NCBI GenBank assembly: GCA_021158185.1
Contig: JAGGVC010000126.1
Location: 10,689-74,688 of the forward strand
Length of the DNA: 64,000 bases
Direction of reading: 5' to 3'
DNA from: a bacterium
GTDB taxonomy: Bacteria > 4484-113 > JAGGVC01
The position numbers and the translations under genes are program-made. A model generated the notes under the pieces. That model saw only the letters and a program-made list of their open reading frames with translations, ran no database searches and was not told where the DNA came from. Of the stretch, positions 16,273-25,395 are shown piece by piece; the first letter of the stretch is position 1, and each line of letters starts with the position of its first letter.

Positions 16273-18978
16273 TTGTTTAATCTGAGAGCTTGGGCTTTGC
16301 CATTGGCATTGGTGCTTGCACTGGCATTATCCGCGTGCGAAAGCACGGGCGGCACTTCATCGAGTAATCCCATCGCAGGTTTCTCCGCAAGCGATACGGA
16401 TGAAATAGTCTACGATGTTGTGCTTGGAATTCCCCCTGCGGAATCCAGTGAATTCGGAGACAAAGCTGTTCTTTCCCTTGTTCCGACGGAAGATGAAGGC
16501 GGATTTATTCTTACCGCAGACGGGACTGATGTACGTGTCTGCTATGCAACGATCAATTACAACGCGGATTCGATCCGTTTTATCGGTGCATTCGGCGGTG
16601 AGGTGAATCCGGCTATTTTTGCAGCGATCGAAGTTCGTCCGGGCACGGTTCATATCGGCTGGGCAATACCCGACTTTGATGAAAAGAGCGGACCTTCGGG
16701 CAAAACAACCCTTATGAACCTGAAATTTGGCATCGGGGGCGTTCTCGAAATACGCGATATCTCGAAGGTTCCTGACAGTGAAGGGCACGCTGTCGATGAC
16801 CTTGAGAGCGAATGGACGGAAGATGGTCTCAGCATCACGTTCTACGAAAGAAACCCGGGTGACTACGATAGAGGCGGCGAGGTCGGCGTGCCGGATATCA
16901 CGCCTATTGCACAGAATTATCTTGCCGAAGTCAATTCTGAGGATGAAAATGATACGCTTGTCGTAATCGACGGAGATGGCAGCGGCGAGATCGGAATTCC
17001 AGACATCACGCTTATTGCTGAAAATTATCTTTCGGACATAGAAGGCTATGCACTTCAGTTCTCCGTTGACGGCGGAGTCAACTGGATTCCGGATGAACCT
17101 GCGATAACCGGCCTGGAGGGTGTCCCGCTTTACGTCAGGGATGATTCGGCCTTTGTAACGATCGATCAATGCTATCAATTCCCGCGCTGGACAATCCTGA
17201 TTCCCATTGAAGAGGTTTTCGAATACCAGATTCCAGGGCTCGATCCGGGCAACGACAATATGCTTGTACGCGTGTATCCGACTGATGGCGAGGGCGTCGG
17301 CCCCGGCAGCAACGAAGCTGAAATTTCCATCATTAGCGAGGGCGATACGGAACCACCGCAATGGGTCGATACCGAAGGGCTAACACTCCTCGATCCGGTT
17401 TCGAATTTCAACACGCTCCAACTGGAATTCGGTGAAGCAGTTGACGACAGCGGCGAGGACGTGGTGTACAGGATCTATTATGCAAAGTCAGCCGAGTTCG
17501 ATTCGCATTACGCCGAGCTCGAAGAAAATCCCGATGCGATTGGTTTTACCGAAATCTGGCCCCGCTACGACGAAATGCCGCCTTATTCCCATGAGCTTGT
17601 CGGGCTTGAGCCCGGCCAGGAATACAAGGTGCTTGTTCGCGCAAGAGACGATGCGTTTCCCGATATGAATATCGATTCGAACACGAATATTGGAACGGTC
17701 GTTGTTGATGAGCATTCGTTGCTTCTCAGCGAGATTCTATGGGCCAAGTCTGGCGATTCAGGCGAGCCCGCAAACGGCGATGTGATTGAACTGAGCGTTG
17801 AGATTACCGGCGGCACAGGCGAGATTAGTACAGTCTGGAGCGACGAAAGGCCGGACGCCGGGTATTTTGTAGGCGACGGTATTCTTGAAGGCAACGTTGC
17901 AACGAATATGTGGGGTACTGCTCTTGGAAGTGAGTGGTATACGATAAGGATAAGCGCAACTGACGCCGAAGAACGGAACGGGATGCAGGAGACCTCCTTT
18001 TATGTGGGCTGGCAGCCGATCCCGAGCTTCAACGACGACATTTATTCGATAATCGAAGCTTCTTGCATTTCTTGCCATGGCATTGGCGGCGCTTCGGGCC
18101 TTGATATGAGCAATACTTCCACAGCTTTTGAAAACCTTGTGAATGAATCTTCGGCTCAAGTGCCTGAAATATACAGGATAGAGCCATTTGAGCCGGGGCA
18201 GAGCTACCTCATATGCAAGCTCCTGGATGGTTGTCCGATCAACACGGGGGTACGGATGCCGAAGGACGCCGATCCGTTGCCCGAAAGCGAGTTCCTTGAC
18301 ATCTTGAGATGGGTATATACCGGAGCAAATGAAGGTGCTCCCGACCCGACGAAGATCTATTTTGCCGCACCAATTCTTAGGCTGGTGAGCGGAGAAGATC
18401 CTGTGAGTGAGATTCCTGCAGGATTCCTTGGAGAAATTTCGATACCATTCATATCCGAGTTCACAGCTCCTCTTACTGCCGAAGTGTCCGACGACAGCGA
18501 TCACTGCGATGCGTTCATTGATCCGGGTGATTTCTATGATGAAGAGGTACTCTGGATAATGGTCGGCGGTGACAGTGCCGGAACATACAGCGTTGTTCTC
18601 GATGTCGAGGATGCCGAAGGAAAAACGGGGCATCTTGAGATTCCGGTTGCGATTACAGGCTCGGGAGCCAGGCTGTTATCTTATGAAGCACATATCGAGC
18701 CGTTAATTATCCCACGTTGTGCTGCGTGCCACGGTGCAGTCCCACCGGTAATGACCGAGGGGGAAGGATACGGCAACCTTGTAGGCCAGCCATCGTCGCA
18801 GGACGGGATCGACTATGTAACTCCCGTGAACATGACTAAGAGCTATATTGTTTTCAAGACGATGGGATGGTCGCCTGCCGGGCCTGAGCCCCATCATGTC
18901 GATCCCGACGACGATGAAGATATTGGACAGTTCCTCGTACCGATTGCCGAGTGGATTATCGGGGGAGCGCTGCCTTAA
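16273..18978 (+). CDS. Large lipoprotein with a cohesin-like N-domain, two dockerin-type Ca-binding repeats, an FN3-like domain and two PSCyt1-type (CxxCH) cytochrome c domains
   Basis: A TTG start at 16273 puts the signal peptide at the N-terminus (MFNLRAWALPLALVLALALSAC, lipobox LSAC). The ORF-track start at 16138 lies upstream of the predicted promoter. Dockerin repeats are DYDRGGEVGVPDITPIAQNYL and DGDGSGEIGIPDITLIAENYL. The heme motifs are CISCH and CAACH, and the second domain ends …WIIGGA, which is PSCyt1-like. Confidence 0.55.
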   Translation: MFNLRAWALPLALVLALALSACESTGGTSSSNPIAGFSASDTDEIVYDVVLGIPPAESSEFGDKAVLSLVPTEDEGGFILTADGTDVRVCYATINYNADSIRFIGAFGGEVNPAIFAAIEVRPGTVHIGWAIPDFDEKSGPSGKTTLMNLKFGIGGVLEIRDISKVPDSEGHAVDDLESEWTEDGLSITFYERNPGDYDRGGEVGVPDITPIAQNYLAEVNSEDENDTLVVIDGDGSGEIGIPDITLIAENYLSDIEGYALQFSVDGGVNWIPDEPAITGLEGVPLYVRDDSAFVTIDQCYQFPRWTILIPIEEVFEYQIPGLDPGNDNMLVRVYPTDGEGVGPGSNEAEISIISEGDTEPPQWVDTEGLTLLDPVSNFNTLQLEFGEAVDDSGEDVVYRIYYAKSAEFDSHYAELEENPDAIGFTEIWPRYDEMPPYSHELVGLEPGQEYKVLVRARDDAFPDMNIDSNTNIGTVVVDEHSLLLSEILWAKSGDSGEPANGDVIELSVEITGGTGEISTVWSDERPDAGYFVGDGILEGNVATNMWGTALGSEWYTIRISATDAEERNGMQETSFYVGWQPIPSFNDDIYSIIEASCISCHGIGGASGLDMSNTSTAFENLVNESSAQVPEIYRIEPFEPGQSYLICKLLDGCPINTGVRMPKDADPLPESEFLDILRWVYTGANEGAPDPTKIYFAAPILRLVSGEDPVSEIPAGFLGEISIPFISEFTAPLTAEVSDDSDHCDAFIDPGDFYDEEVLWIMVGGDSAGTYSVVLDVEDAEGKTGHLEIPVAITGSGARLLSYEAHIEPLIIPRCAACHGAVPPVMTEGEGYGNLVGQPSSQDGIDYVTPVNMTKSYIVFKTMGWSPAGPEPHHVDPDDDEDIGQFLVPIAEWIIGGALP

Positions 18979-19076
18979 TTCCATTGTGTCCCTGAAGCCT
19001 GATCGTAACCATTCCTTTAATCAACATTCGAATTTGCGCGGCCGCAGATCTCGATTCACTCGATGATCATTTTTGA

Positions 19077-19096
19077 TTAACTGATAGATCAGTTAA
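19077..19096. promoter_or_regulatory. Perfect 9-bp inverted repeat (TTAACTGAT-AG-ATCAGTTAA) about 180 nt upstream of the diguanylate cyclase gene; candidate operator
   Basis: Palindrome read directly from the sequence. Confidence 0.2.
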
Positions 19097-19272
19097 GACC
19101 AGGGAGGATGCAGCGTATTGCTTGAATCCTTGGATAAGCCATAATGTGACGGTATAATCCAAGTGTTACGCCGTATTCCTTTGCTCGTGCTTGATTTTTA
19201 GTTTGGCCGGGTTTTCTCGAAAGCCGAAGATGGACGGCAGCAAGGCGTACGTTACACGTTACTGGATCGATC

Positions 19273-20943
19273 ATGAATAATCAGCAGGAGACGGGTTATC
19301 CGACGGCAAAGTTGGCGACGCCTGGCGGGGAAGGTTTCTTTGCCCGGCTGGATCGCGGCTTCAAGCGGCTGGAACCTGTTGACTGGGTTTTTGGTTTGTT
19401 TCGGGCTTCGGCCGTGATTGTAGTTTCGATCTGGGCTGTTGCGTATCCAGAGCTCGATGGCAGCAGTCGTCTGATCCTTGCGAACCTTGCCTTTTATTTT
19501 GCTGTTTACTCGATGGCGCTTTCGCTTGGCGGCGTACTCAGACCTGCGAAAATCGGCTGGCTTTACCAGATTGCAATGGTCTTCGACATTCTGTTCCTGG
19601 GCATCATAATTTATGCATCAGGCGGAATAGGAAGCAGCTTGTTCTATCTCGGATTTTATTTGCTGATCCCGCTCCATACGTTTTACTTTGGATCCAAGAC
19701 CGGAGGATTGGCATTTGGTCTTTGCATACTCGCATTTATTCTCCCGAATGTGCGAGAACTGGGTTCTGTTCCCTTTCTTGATGTCGCATTGAAACTTGGT
19801 GTGCTTGGAGGGATTTTTCTTTCAAACGTGTTCTTGAGGATGCGCCAGGATTTCGCGCGCAACAGGCTTTTCAGGTTGAACGAAGAGGTCGAGCAAAAGA
19901 ATCGGCTGCTTGCGCACAGATCAGTATCAGAGCGAAACAGAATTTACGAGCTTTATGCACTGAACAAGGTTGGTAAGCTAATCGCAAGCGCTCTCGACAC
20001 GCGCGAGCTCTTCAGCCATATTCTCGGCGCCGTAGGACGCGAGCTGCACTTCCAACATTTTTGCCTGTGGCTCTACGATGAAGCTACCGAAGTACTTATT
20101 GCGAAAGCCGTAGAAGGTATTTCTCCGGAAGTTATCGATGAAGTAACGGTGAGTATTTCAAATCCCGTCGAGGGCGCATGTCTGCGCGACAAGAAATCCA
20201 TACTTTTCGAAGATATCTCGCTTTATCCCGACTACGATTACTTGAAGGGATACCTGCCCGATATTCAGAGTGCGATGTGTGTTCCATTGATTGTGCGTGG
20301 AAGGATTGCAGGCGTAATTTCTGCTTACTCCAAGCACGAGGAAAGCTTCAGTAAGGAAAGGCTCGAAGTGCTTTCGGCCGTAGCTGAGCAGATATCTATC
20401 GCACTAGAGAACAGCAGGCTTTATAACCAGATGCGTTTTCTGTCGATGCAGGATGGTCTTACGCAGCTTTACAACAGACGCTTCTTCGATGAACAGATTG
20501 AAGCTGAGGTAAAGAAAGCAGAGGACGGGGGGGCTCCTTGTGCCCTGCTCATTGTTGATGTAGACAATTTCAAGAAAGTAAACGACGAACTCGGTCATTT
20601 GGTAGGTGATAATGCGTTAAAGAAAGTTGCTCGGGTTCTTATGGGGAATACTCGTCAGAGCGACTATGTCTGCAGGTATGGCGGGGAGGAATTTGCAGTA
20701 ATCCTTCATAACGTTGATTTGAGGAATGCGATCAACCGAGCTGAACGGCTTAGAAGGGCAATTGAGACTGAAGTTTCAGTTCAGAATGCCGACGGGTCTA
20801 AACGCGTGATCACTGTCTCGATAGGAGTTGCTTCGTATTATGAGGGTGCCAAGGTTTTCGATCTTATCGATGTTGCAGATCAGGGTCTTTACCTTGCGAA
20901 GGAATCAGGCCGAAACCTTGTGAAGGCCATTTGCTCTGAATAA
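19273..20943 (+). CDS. Membrane-anchored GAF domain-containing diguanylate cyclase (GGDEF)
   Basis: About five N-terminal TM helices, a GAF-like middle region, and a GGDEF domain with RYGGEEF and the D-x-LT/DNFK motifs. Confidence 0.85.
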   Translation: MNNQQETGYPTAKLATPGGEGFFARLDRGFKRLEPVDWVFGLFRASAVIVVSIWAVAYPELDGSSRLILANLAFYFAVYSMALSLGGVLRPAKIGWLYQIAMVFDILFLGIIIYASGGIGSSLFYLGFYLLIPLHTFYFGSKTGGLAFGLCILAFILPNVRELGSVPFLDVALKLGVLGGIFLSNVFLRMRQDFARNRLFRLNEEVEQKNRLLAHRSVSERNRIYELYALNKVGKLIASALDTRELFSHILGAVGRELHFQHFCLWLYDEATEVLIAKAVEGISPEVIDEVTVSISNPVEGACLRDKKSILFEDISLYPDYDYLKGYLPDIQSAMCVPLIVRGRIAGVISAYSKHEESFSKERLEVLSAVAEQISIALENSRLYNQMRFLSMQDGLTQLYNRRFFDEQIEAEVKKAEDGGAPCALLIVDVDNFKKVNDELGHLVGDNALKKVARVLMGNTRQSDYVCRYGGEEFAVILHNVDLRNAINRAERLRRAIETEVSVQNADGSKRVITVSIGVASYYEGAKVFDLIDVADQGLYLAKESGRNLVKAICSE

Positions 20944-21163
20944 TGCGCAGACAATAAGAAAAGAAATTGTAGGTTCGGGTTGCTCAATCGCTGCTTTAGC
21001 CTGTTTCGAATGAGTTCTTGCAGCCCGATGCTCGTTCTTTATTTCCAGGTAAAATTCAGGTATAATGTTACTAGCGTAGTTCCAGTTGTTGTTGGCCGTT
21101 ACGTAGGTTGTCTTTGTGTAATATGTGTTTGTAAGCGGTACTGTCTAATGAAAGGGGGAATTG

Positions 21164-21454
21164 ATGTCAGAGGCGAAACAAGGCGCCCAAGGAAAGAATT
21201 TCTTGTGGGAGCGGTACAGGGCACTCCAGCAGTTCAGGTCGACTACTCTAATGGAACCCGACAGATTAGAGGACAGGCGCCATGAGATTCATCTGCGGAC
21301 GCTGATAGACTGTGGAGATTTTGAGAAAGCGATTTCGTACGTCGAGGATATGGCTGCATTTTGTGATTCCGTTGAAGATATCATGGCCGCAGAGCTTTAT
21401 CGCGATTACAAGAAGCGCCTTGTCGAGATTAAAGGGCGGAATGCCGGAAAATAG
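21164..21454 (+). CDS. Hypothetical small helical protein (96 aa)
   Basis: ATG preceded by an AAGGGGG ribosome-binding site at a 5-6 nt spacing. No recognisable domain. Confidence 0.3.
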   Translation: MSEAKQGAQGKNFLWERYRALQQFRSTTLMEPDRLEDRRHEIHLRTLIDCGDFEKAISYVEDMAAFCDSVEDIMAAELYRDYKKRLVEIKGRNAGK

Positions 21455-21478
21455 TGAAAGGCAGACTTTAAAAAGCAT

Positions 21479-22657
21479 TTGGATGCTATAACGGCCTGCT
21501 ATAATGGCTGTGTGCGCCCACCTAGAGTTGCAATACTGCACGATTGGCTTACCACGTTTGGCGGTGCCGAGCGTTGCGTCGTCTTGTTTCATAAACTCTT
21601 TCCTGCAGCGCCGATATACACTCTCGTTTGTGACCATGCAAATCTTCCGGAAGAACTTAAGAGCACACGGATTATAACGAGCTTCATTCAAAAGCTGCCT
21701 GATGCTGCCAGGAAGTATCCTAACTATCTACCTCTTATGCCTAGGGCCGTCGAGCAATGGGATCTCTCCGGTTACGACCTTGTTCTTTCGAGCTGTCACT
21801 GCTGTATAAAGGGCGTGATCACGCGGGAGGATCAGGCACATGTCTGCTACTTGTATACGCCGATCAGGTATATCTGGGATCTATACCATATCTACCTGCA
21901 ACATACGAAGATGAGCGGTATTAGGCGTAAGGTCTTCGAATGGACATCTCATTACCTTCGAATGTGGGATTTCTGTGCCGCTCAGCGAGTCGACAAATTC
22001 ATTGCCATAAGCGAAACCGTAAGGAGAAGAATAGAGAAAACTTACCAACGGAAGAGTGGCGTAATCTATCCTCCTGTCAATACTGACTTTTTCGTACCGG
22101 ATCCAGAGGGCGAAAGGGATTATTACCTTGTTGTAAGCAGGTTCGTTCCCTACAAACGTGTGGAGCTTGCGGTAGAAGCATTTGCCAGCCGCCCCGATGC
22201 GCTCCTTGTTGTTGGCGGCGGGCCTGAGAACGCAAAACTCAGGGCAATGGCAACACCCAATGTCGAGTTCATCGGGAAAGTAACTGACAAGGAGCTAAGT
22301 CTGCTTTATCAAAATGCCAAGGCGCTCATTTTTCCCGGAATAGAGGATTTCGGGCTTACTCCGGTAGAGGCGCAGGCTTGCGGAAGACCGGTTGTAGCAC
22401 GCGGAAAGGGTGGTGCTACCGAAACTGTGATTGATGGCGTTACAGGCGTGTTCTTCGAGGATGATTGCGCAGATGATCTCAATGAGGCCATCAGCAGGCT
22501 CAGTAAGCTTGAAGTGGATTCGAAGGCCTGTCGTGAAAGTGCCTTAAGATTCAACGAAGAGCGGTTTCTCGAAGAGATAATGTCAACACTCAAGCCATTT
22601 CTTGAAAAAAAGAGCGGAAGCTTCATCTCGGGCGGAGCGAACAACGAGTTGTCGTGA
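21479..22657 (+). CDS. Glycosyltransferase family 4 (GT-B, group 1)
   Basis: C-terminal EDFGLTPVEAQACGRPVVA motif of GT4 enzymes. Confidence 0.8.
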   Translation: MDAITACYNGCVRPPRVAILHDWLTTFGGAERCVVLFHKLFPAAPIYTLVCDHANLPEELKSTRIITSFIQKLPDAARKYPNYLPLMPRAVEQWDLSGYDLVLSSCHCCIKGVITREDQAHVCYLYTPIRYIWDLYHIYLQHTKMSGIRRKVFEWTSHYLRMWDFCAAQRVDKFIAISETVRRRIEKTYQRKSGVIYPPVNTDFFVPDPEGERDYYLVVSRFVPYKRVELAVEAFASRPDALLVVGGGPENAKLRAMATPNVEFIGKVTDKELSLLYQNAKALIFPGIEDFGLTPVEAQACGRPVVARGKGGATETVIDGVTGVFFEDDCADDLNEAISRLSKLEVDSKACRESALRFNEERFLEEIMSTLKPFLEKKSGSFISGGANNELS

Positions 22658-22690
22658 ACATATTTATTTAGCGCATATTTGGAATGGCGC

Positions 22691-22987
22691 TTAATTATCT
22701 GTTTTTCCCGCACCAGCTTTCGGCTTCGATTCCGTATTGCCCGATTCCGATGAAGTGTCCTTGTCGTGGTCGGTCGGCGTGTCGATGTTTGAATTAATCG
22801 CATTTCTATGATCCGTCAGATAGAAGCCGCTTCCCTTGAAAATGACTTGAGCCGGGCTGATGAGCTTCACAAGATTCTTGCCTGATGCACCGCATAGTTC
22901 GCATTTTAGCGGAGGAGATGCCCCAAAGCGCTGCATCGCCTCGAAAATTCCTCCGCATTTTTTGCATCGATATTCGTAAATGGGCAT
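22691..22987 (-). CDS. FmdB-family putative regulatory zinc-ribbon protein
   Basis: MPIYEYRCKKCGGIFE…CELCG is the FmdB CxxC…CxxC signature. The tail is disordered and Ser/Thr/Lys-rich. Confidence 0.75.
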   Translation of the reverse strand: MPIYEYRCKKCGGIFEAMQRFGASPPLKCELCGASGKNLVKLISPAQVIFKGSGFYLTDHRNAINSNIDTPTDHDKDTSSESGNTESKPKAGAGKTDN

Positions 22988-23189
22988 TCACTTCACCACA
23001 ATAAAAAAGAAAAAAAAATACTACCACATAATCTGCGTAAATGCCGTTGAAAGGCGTACGCCTTGCGAAAAGCCGCAACATATTCCTAAACCGAGTACTT
23101 GCACTATCGCTGTAGTGGAAAGAAAACGCTCATGCAAGAAAGATGGATTCAAAGCCTGGTTGGTATTGGCCCAAAATAAGCGGGCAATA

Positions 23190-23218
23190 TTGACTTTAGC
23201 TGGAAAAATATCTATTAT
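23190..23218 (+). promoter_or_regulatory. Near-consensus sigma-70 promoter (TTGACT-17-TATTAT) upstream of the 23249 gene
   Basis: TTGACT at 23190-23195, a 17-nt spacer, then TATTAT at 23213-23218. GGGAG sits 6 nt before the ATG at 23249. Confidence 0.4.
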
Positions 23219-23248
23219 GTTTAGTTTGTATTCAGTTGGGAGTGCTCT

Positions 23249-24079
23249 ATGCGATTTGCTTTCTTTTTGCCTTTGCTTCGAGTTGATGACAGCGGATTCA
23301 CTTTTGAGGAGTTCTTGAGAAACTTGGTGAATGCCGTTAAAATCAGTTCGCCGGATAATTACTCCTACCCGCTGTACAAGCATTTTTTTGGTGATAACGG
23401 TGGAAGCGACAACGGTAACAGTTCCCGCAGCGATGAAACACACAAGCTTCTTGAGAACTACCTTCATCGGTACAAGGTTCTCCCCGAAGAAGCCGCGCTG
23501 ATCAAATTATTCAAGAAAATTAGCATAGATATCGATCATGCATATAGACACCCAAGGAAACTTGGCTCAGTGAGCCTGTCTCGGTATTTAGACGCATTCG
23601 TAGATTTTCCTGCGCTCAAGTCCTGCCTGGATCTGGTTTGTCACTATTTTCTGCATAAAACGACTGGCTCGGTCAATGCTTCTGACGGACTGGTTCTTAT
23701 CGACAAGTGCTTCTTCGAAAGGAGCGAGCTGCCATTCATCGAGCATCTGGAGCTTTTGCGCGATGAGTGCCGTGCAGGAGTTCACGCGATTCCTGCACTA
23801 TCGATGAATATCGAAACTGAATTGCGATTTCGACGCGACAGGCTTTACTGCATACAATTCGCTGCCGAAAGACCGGTTCAGACATCAAATTCTTTCTTTG
23901 CTCATTTTGAGAAGAAGGACTCAATGAAGAGTTTGGCTTACGTTGAATCATTTCTGTCGGCCGATGAAGCGGAGTTCCATGGAGTTGATCCTTCTGGCTG
24001 GGTCGATCTGAGAAATGAGATGAAGAATATGTTTGATGCGCGTTTTACGAACGCAAGAACTGAAGTAAGTATGACTTAG
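23249..24079 (+). CDS. Hypothetical protein (276 aa) occupying the position where yicC/yloC usually sits
   Basis: Open frame with a promoter and ribosome-binding site. I recognise no domain, and it does not resemble the YicC N- or C-terminal domains. Confidence 0.45.
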   Translation: MRFAFFLPLLRVDDSGFTFEEFLRNLVNAVKISSPDNYSYPLYKHFFGDNGGSDNGNSSRSDETHKLLENYLHRYKVLPEEAALIKLFKKISIDIDHAYRHPRKLGSVSLSRYLDAFVDFPALKSCLDLVCHYFLHKTTGSVNASDGLVLIDKCFFERSELPFIEHLELLRDECRAGVHAIPALSMNIETELRFRRDRLYCIQFAAERPVQTSNSFFAHFEKKDSMKSLAYVESFLSADEAEFHGVDPSGWVDLRNEMKNMFDARFTNARTEVSMT

Positions 24080-24091
24080 AGGGGGGGGATT

Positions 24092-24358
24092 ATGCAGACG
24101 CAGTTTTTACACATCGGCTTTGGAAACATGTTGCTTGTCAATAAGATTGTCGCTATCCTTAAACCGAATCCATCCCACGTGCGAAATATCGTTAGGGAAG
24201 CCAGGGAAAGGAAAGTTCTGATCAGCGCTACTCAGGGGAAAAAAGTAAGGAGCGTTATACTGACGAGCGATGGATATGTTTTTCTTTCAACGCTTAACTC
24301 CGAGAGCTTAGCGGGGAGAATTGACGACGGAAAGCGGCATCCGGGAAGTGATAGCTAG
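24092..24358 (+). CDS. remA: RemA/DUF370 family extracellular-matrix regulatory protein A-like
   Basis: FLHIGFGNMLLVNKIVAILKPNPSHVRNIVREA matches the RemA consensus (INIGFGN…RIIAI…P…R). Confidence 0.75.
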   Translation: MQTQFLHIGFGNMLLVNKIVAILKPNPSHVRNIVREARERKVLISATQGKKVRSVILTSDGYVFLSTLNSESLAGRIDDGKRHPGSDS

Positions 24359-24984
24359 TGTCCAACCTTGTTGTTGTCAGTGGTTCATCGGGTGTAGGCA
24401 AAGGCACGCTGATAAGAGCTTTGCTTGAGCGAATAGCCAACGCTAGATTAACTGTTTCGGATACAACCAGAGTACCTCGCGATGAGGAAGTTGACGGAAG
24501 GGAATACAACTTCATAGGCGTGAGTGAATTCAAGAAGCGAATTGATGAAGGATGCTACATCGAATGGGAGCATTTTTTCGACACCTACTACGGTACTCCA
24601 AAATCTGAGATCGAGAATGCGAAGCTTGGTGAATTCGTTATACTTGAGCTCGATCCGAAGGGAGCGCTCGCAATAAAGCATGCTTACCCGCAGGCAGCGC
24701 TTGTTTTCATTCTTCCAGGTTCGATCAACCAGCTTATTGAAAGACTGCACATACGCGGCACCGAAAGCCGACAACAGGTTAACGACAGAGTCACGCGTGC
24801 ATTGGAAGATCTCAATTTTGCAGGTTTTTTCGACTACGCGATTGTTAATGACGATCTTGGCAAGGCGATTGAAGATCTACTCTCCGTGTTCGATCTACTT
24901 CATTTCAGAATTGCGAACTGCGGGGAGATCATCGCCAGGCTTAGGAAAGAGGCAGGTGATATTCGAGATGATTGCGTTCACTAA
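24358..24984 (+). CDS. gmk: Guanylate kinase
   Basis: P-loop SGSSGVGKGT and the GMP-binding R/E/Y motifs (REVDGREY). The start codon is GTG and overlaps the remA stop by one base. Confidence 0.9.
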   Translation: MSNLVVVSGSSGVGKGTLIRALLERIANARLTVSDTTRVPRDEEVDGREYNFIGVSEFKKRIDEGCYIEWEHFFDTYYGTPKSEIENAKLGEFVILELDPKGALAIKHAYPQAALVFILPGSINQLIERLHIRGTESRQQVNDRVTRALEDLNFAGFFDYAIVNDDLGKAIEDLLSVFDLLHFRIANCGEIIARLRKEAGDIRDDCVH

Positions 24985-25390
24985 AAAAAGAAGAAAGGCA
25001 AATCTGACACAGCCGTCACTTGAAAGGCTTCTTGGCAAGGTACCGAGTAAGTACGAGCTTGTGCTTCTCGCGAGCAAACGGGCAAGGCAGATAAAGCGGG
25101 AAATCGATTTCCGTCCGGAAAGAGCCAGGGAATATGAATTCACAAAACCCCTTACAACAGCACTTTTTGAGATTGTCGAAGGCAGGGTTACTGCTGAGGA
25201 TTTGAAGTACGTCGACCTTTTGGCGGATACCGAAACAGACGAATCTGGCGGCTTTGTTCCGACGGAAGCGGTAACCAAACGGTTCTTTGAGGAAGAAGTG
25301 GCGCAAACCACCTCCGAAGTCGAAGATTTCGGACATGGGTTCGAAGATCTTGAAGAATCCGACGCAATCGCGGGTATTTCCGAGGAGTAA
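24968..25390 (+). CDS. rpoZ: DNA-directed RNA polymerase subunit omega
   Basis: KYELVLLASKRARQI is the RpoZ signature. The start is the internal ATG of ORF 24680..25390. The upstream part of that ORF overlaps gmk. Confidence 0.7.
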   Translation: MIAFTKKRRKANLTQPSLERLLGKVPSKYELVLLASKRARQIKREIDFRPERAREYEFTKPLTTALFEIVEGRVTAEDLKYVDLLADTETDESGGFVPTEAVTKRFFEEEVAQTTSEVEDFGHGFEDLEESDAIAGISEE

Positions 25391-25395
25391 ATGGC

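Noticed and set aside
19036-19052. Adjacent NotI (GCGGCCGC) and BglII (AGATCT) sites that look like a cloning-vector polylinker.
   Set aside because: No other vector-like sequence flanks the sites. The surrounding sequence continues chromosomal genes on both sides, so the adjacency is most likely chance.
24680-24967. 5' extension of the rpoZ ORF, which is 236 aa in the ORF track.
   Set aside because: The extension overlaps gmk in another frame and has no homology. The internal ATG at 24968 gives a normal-length omega subunit.
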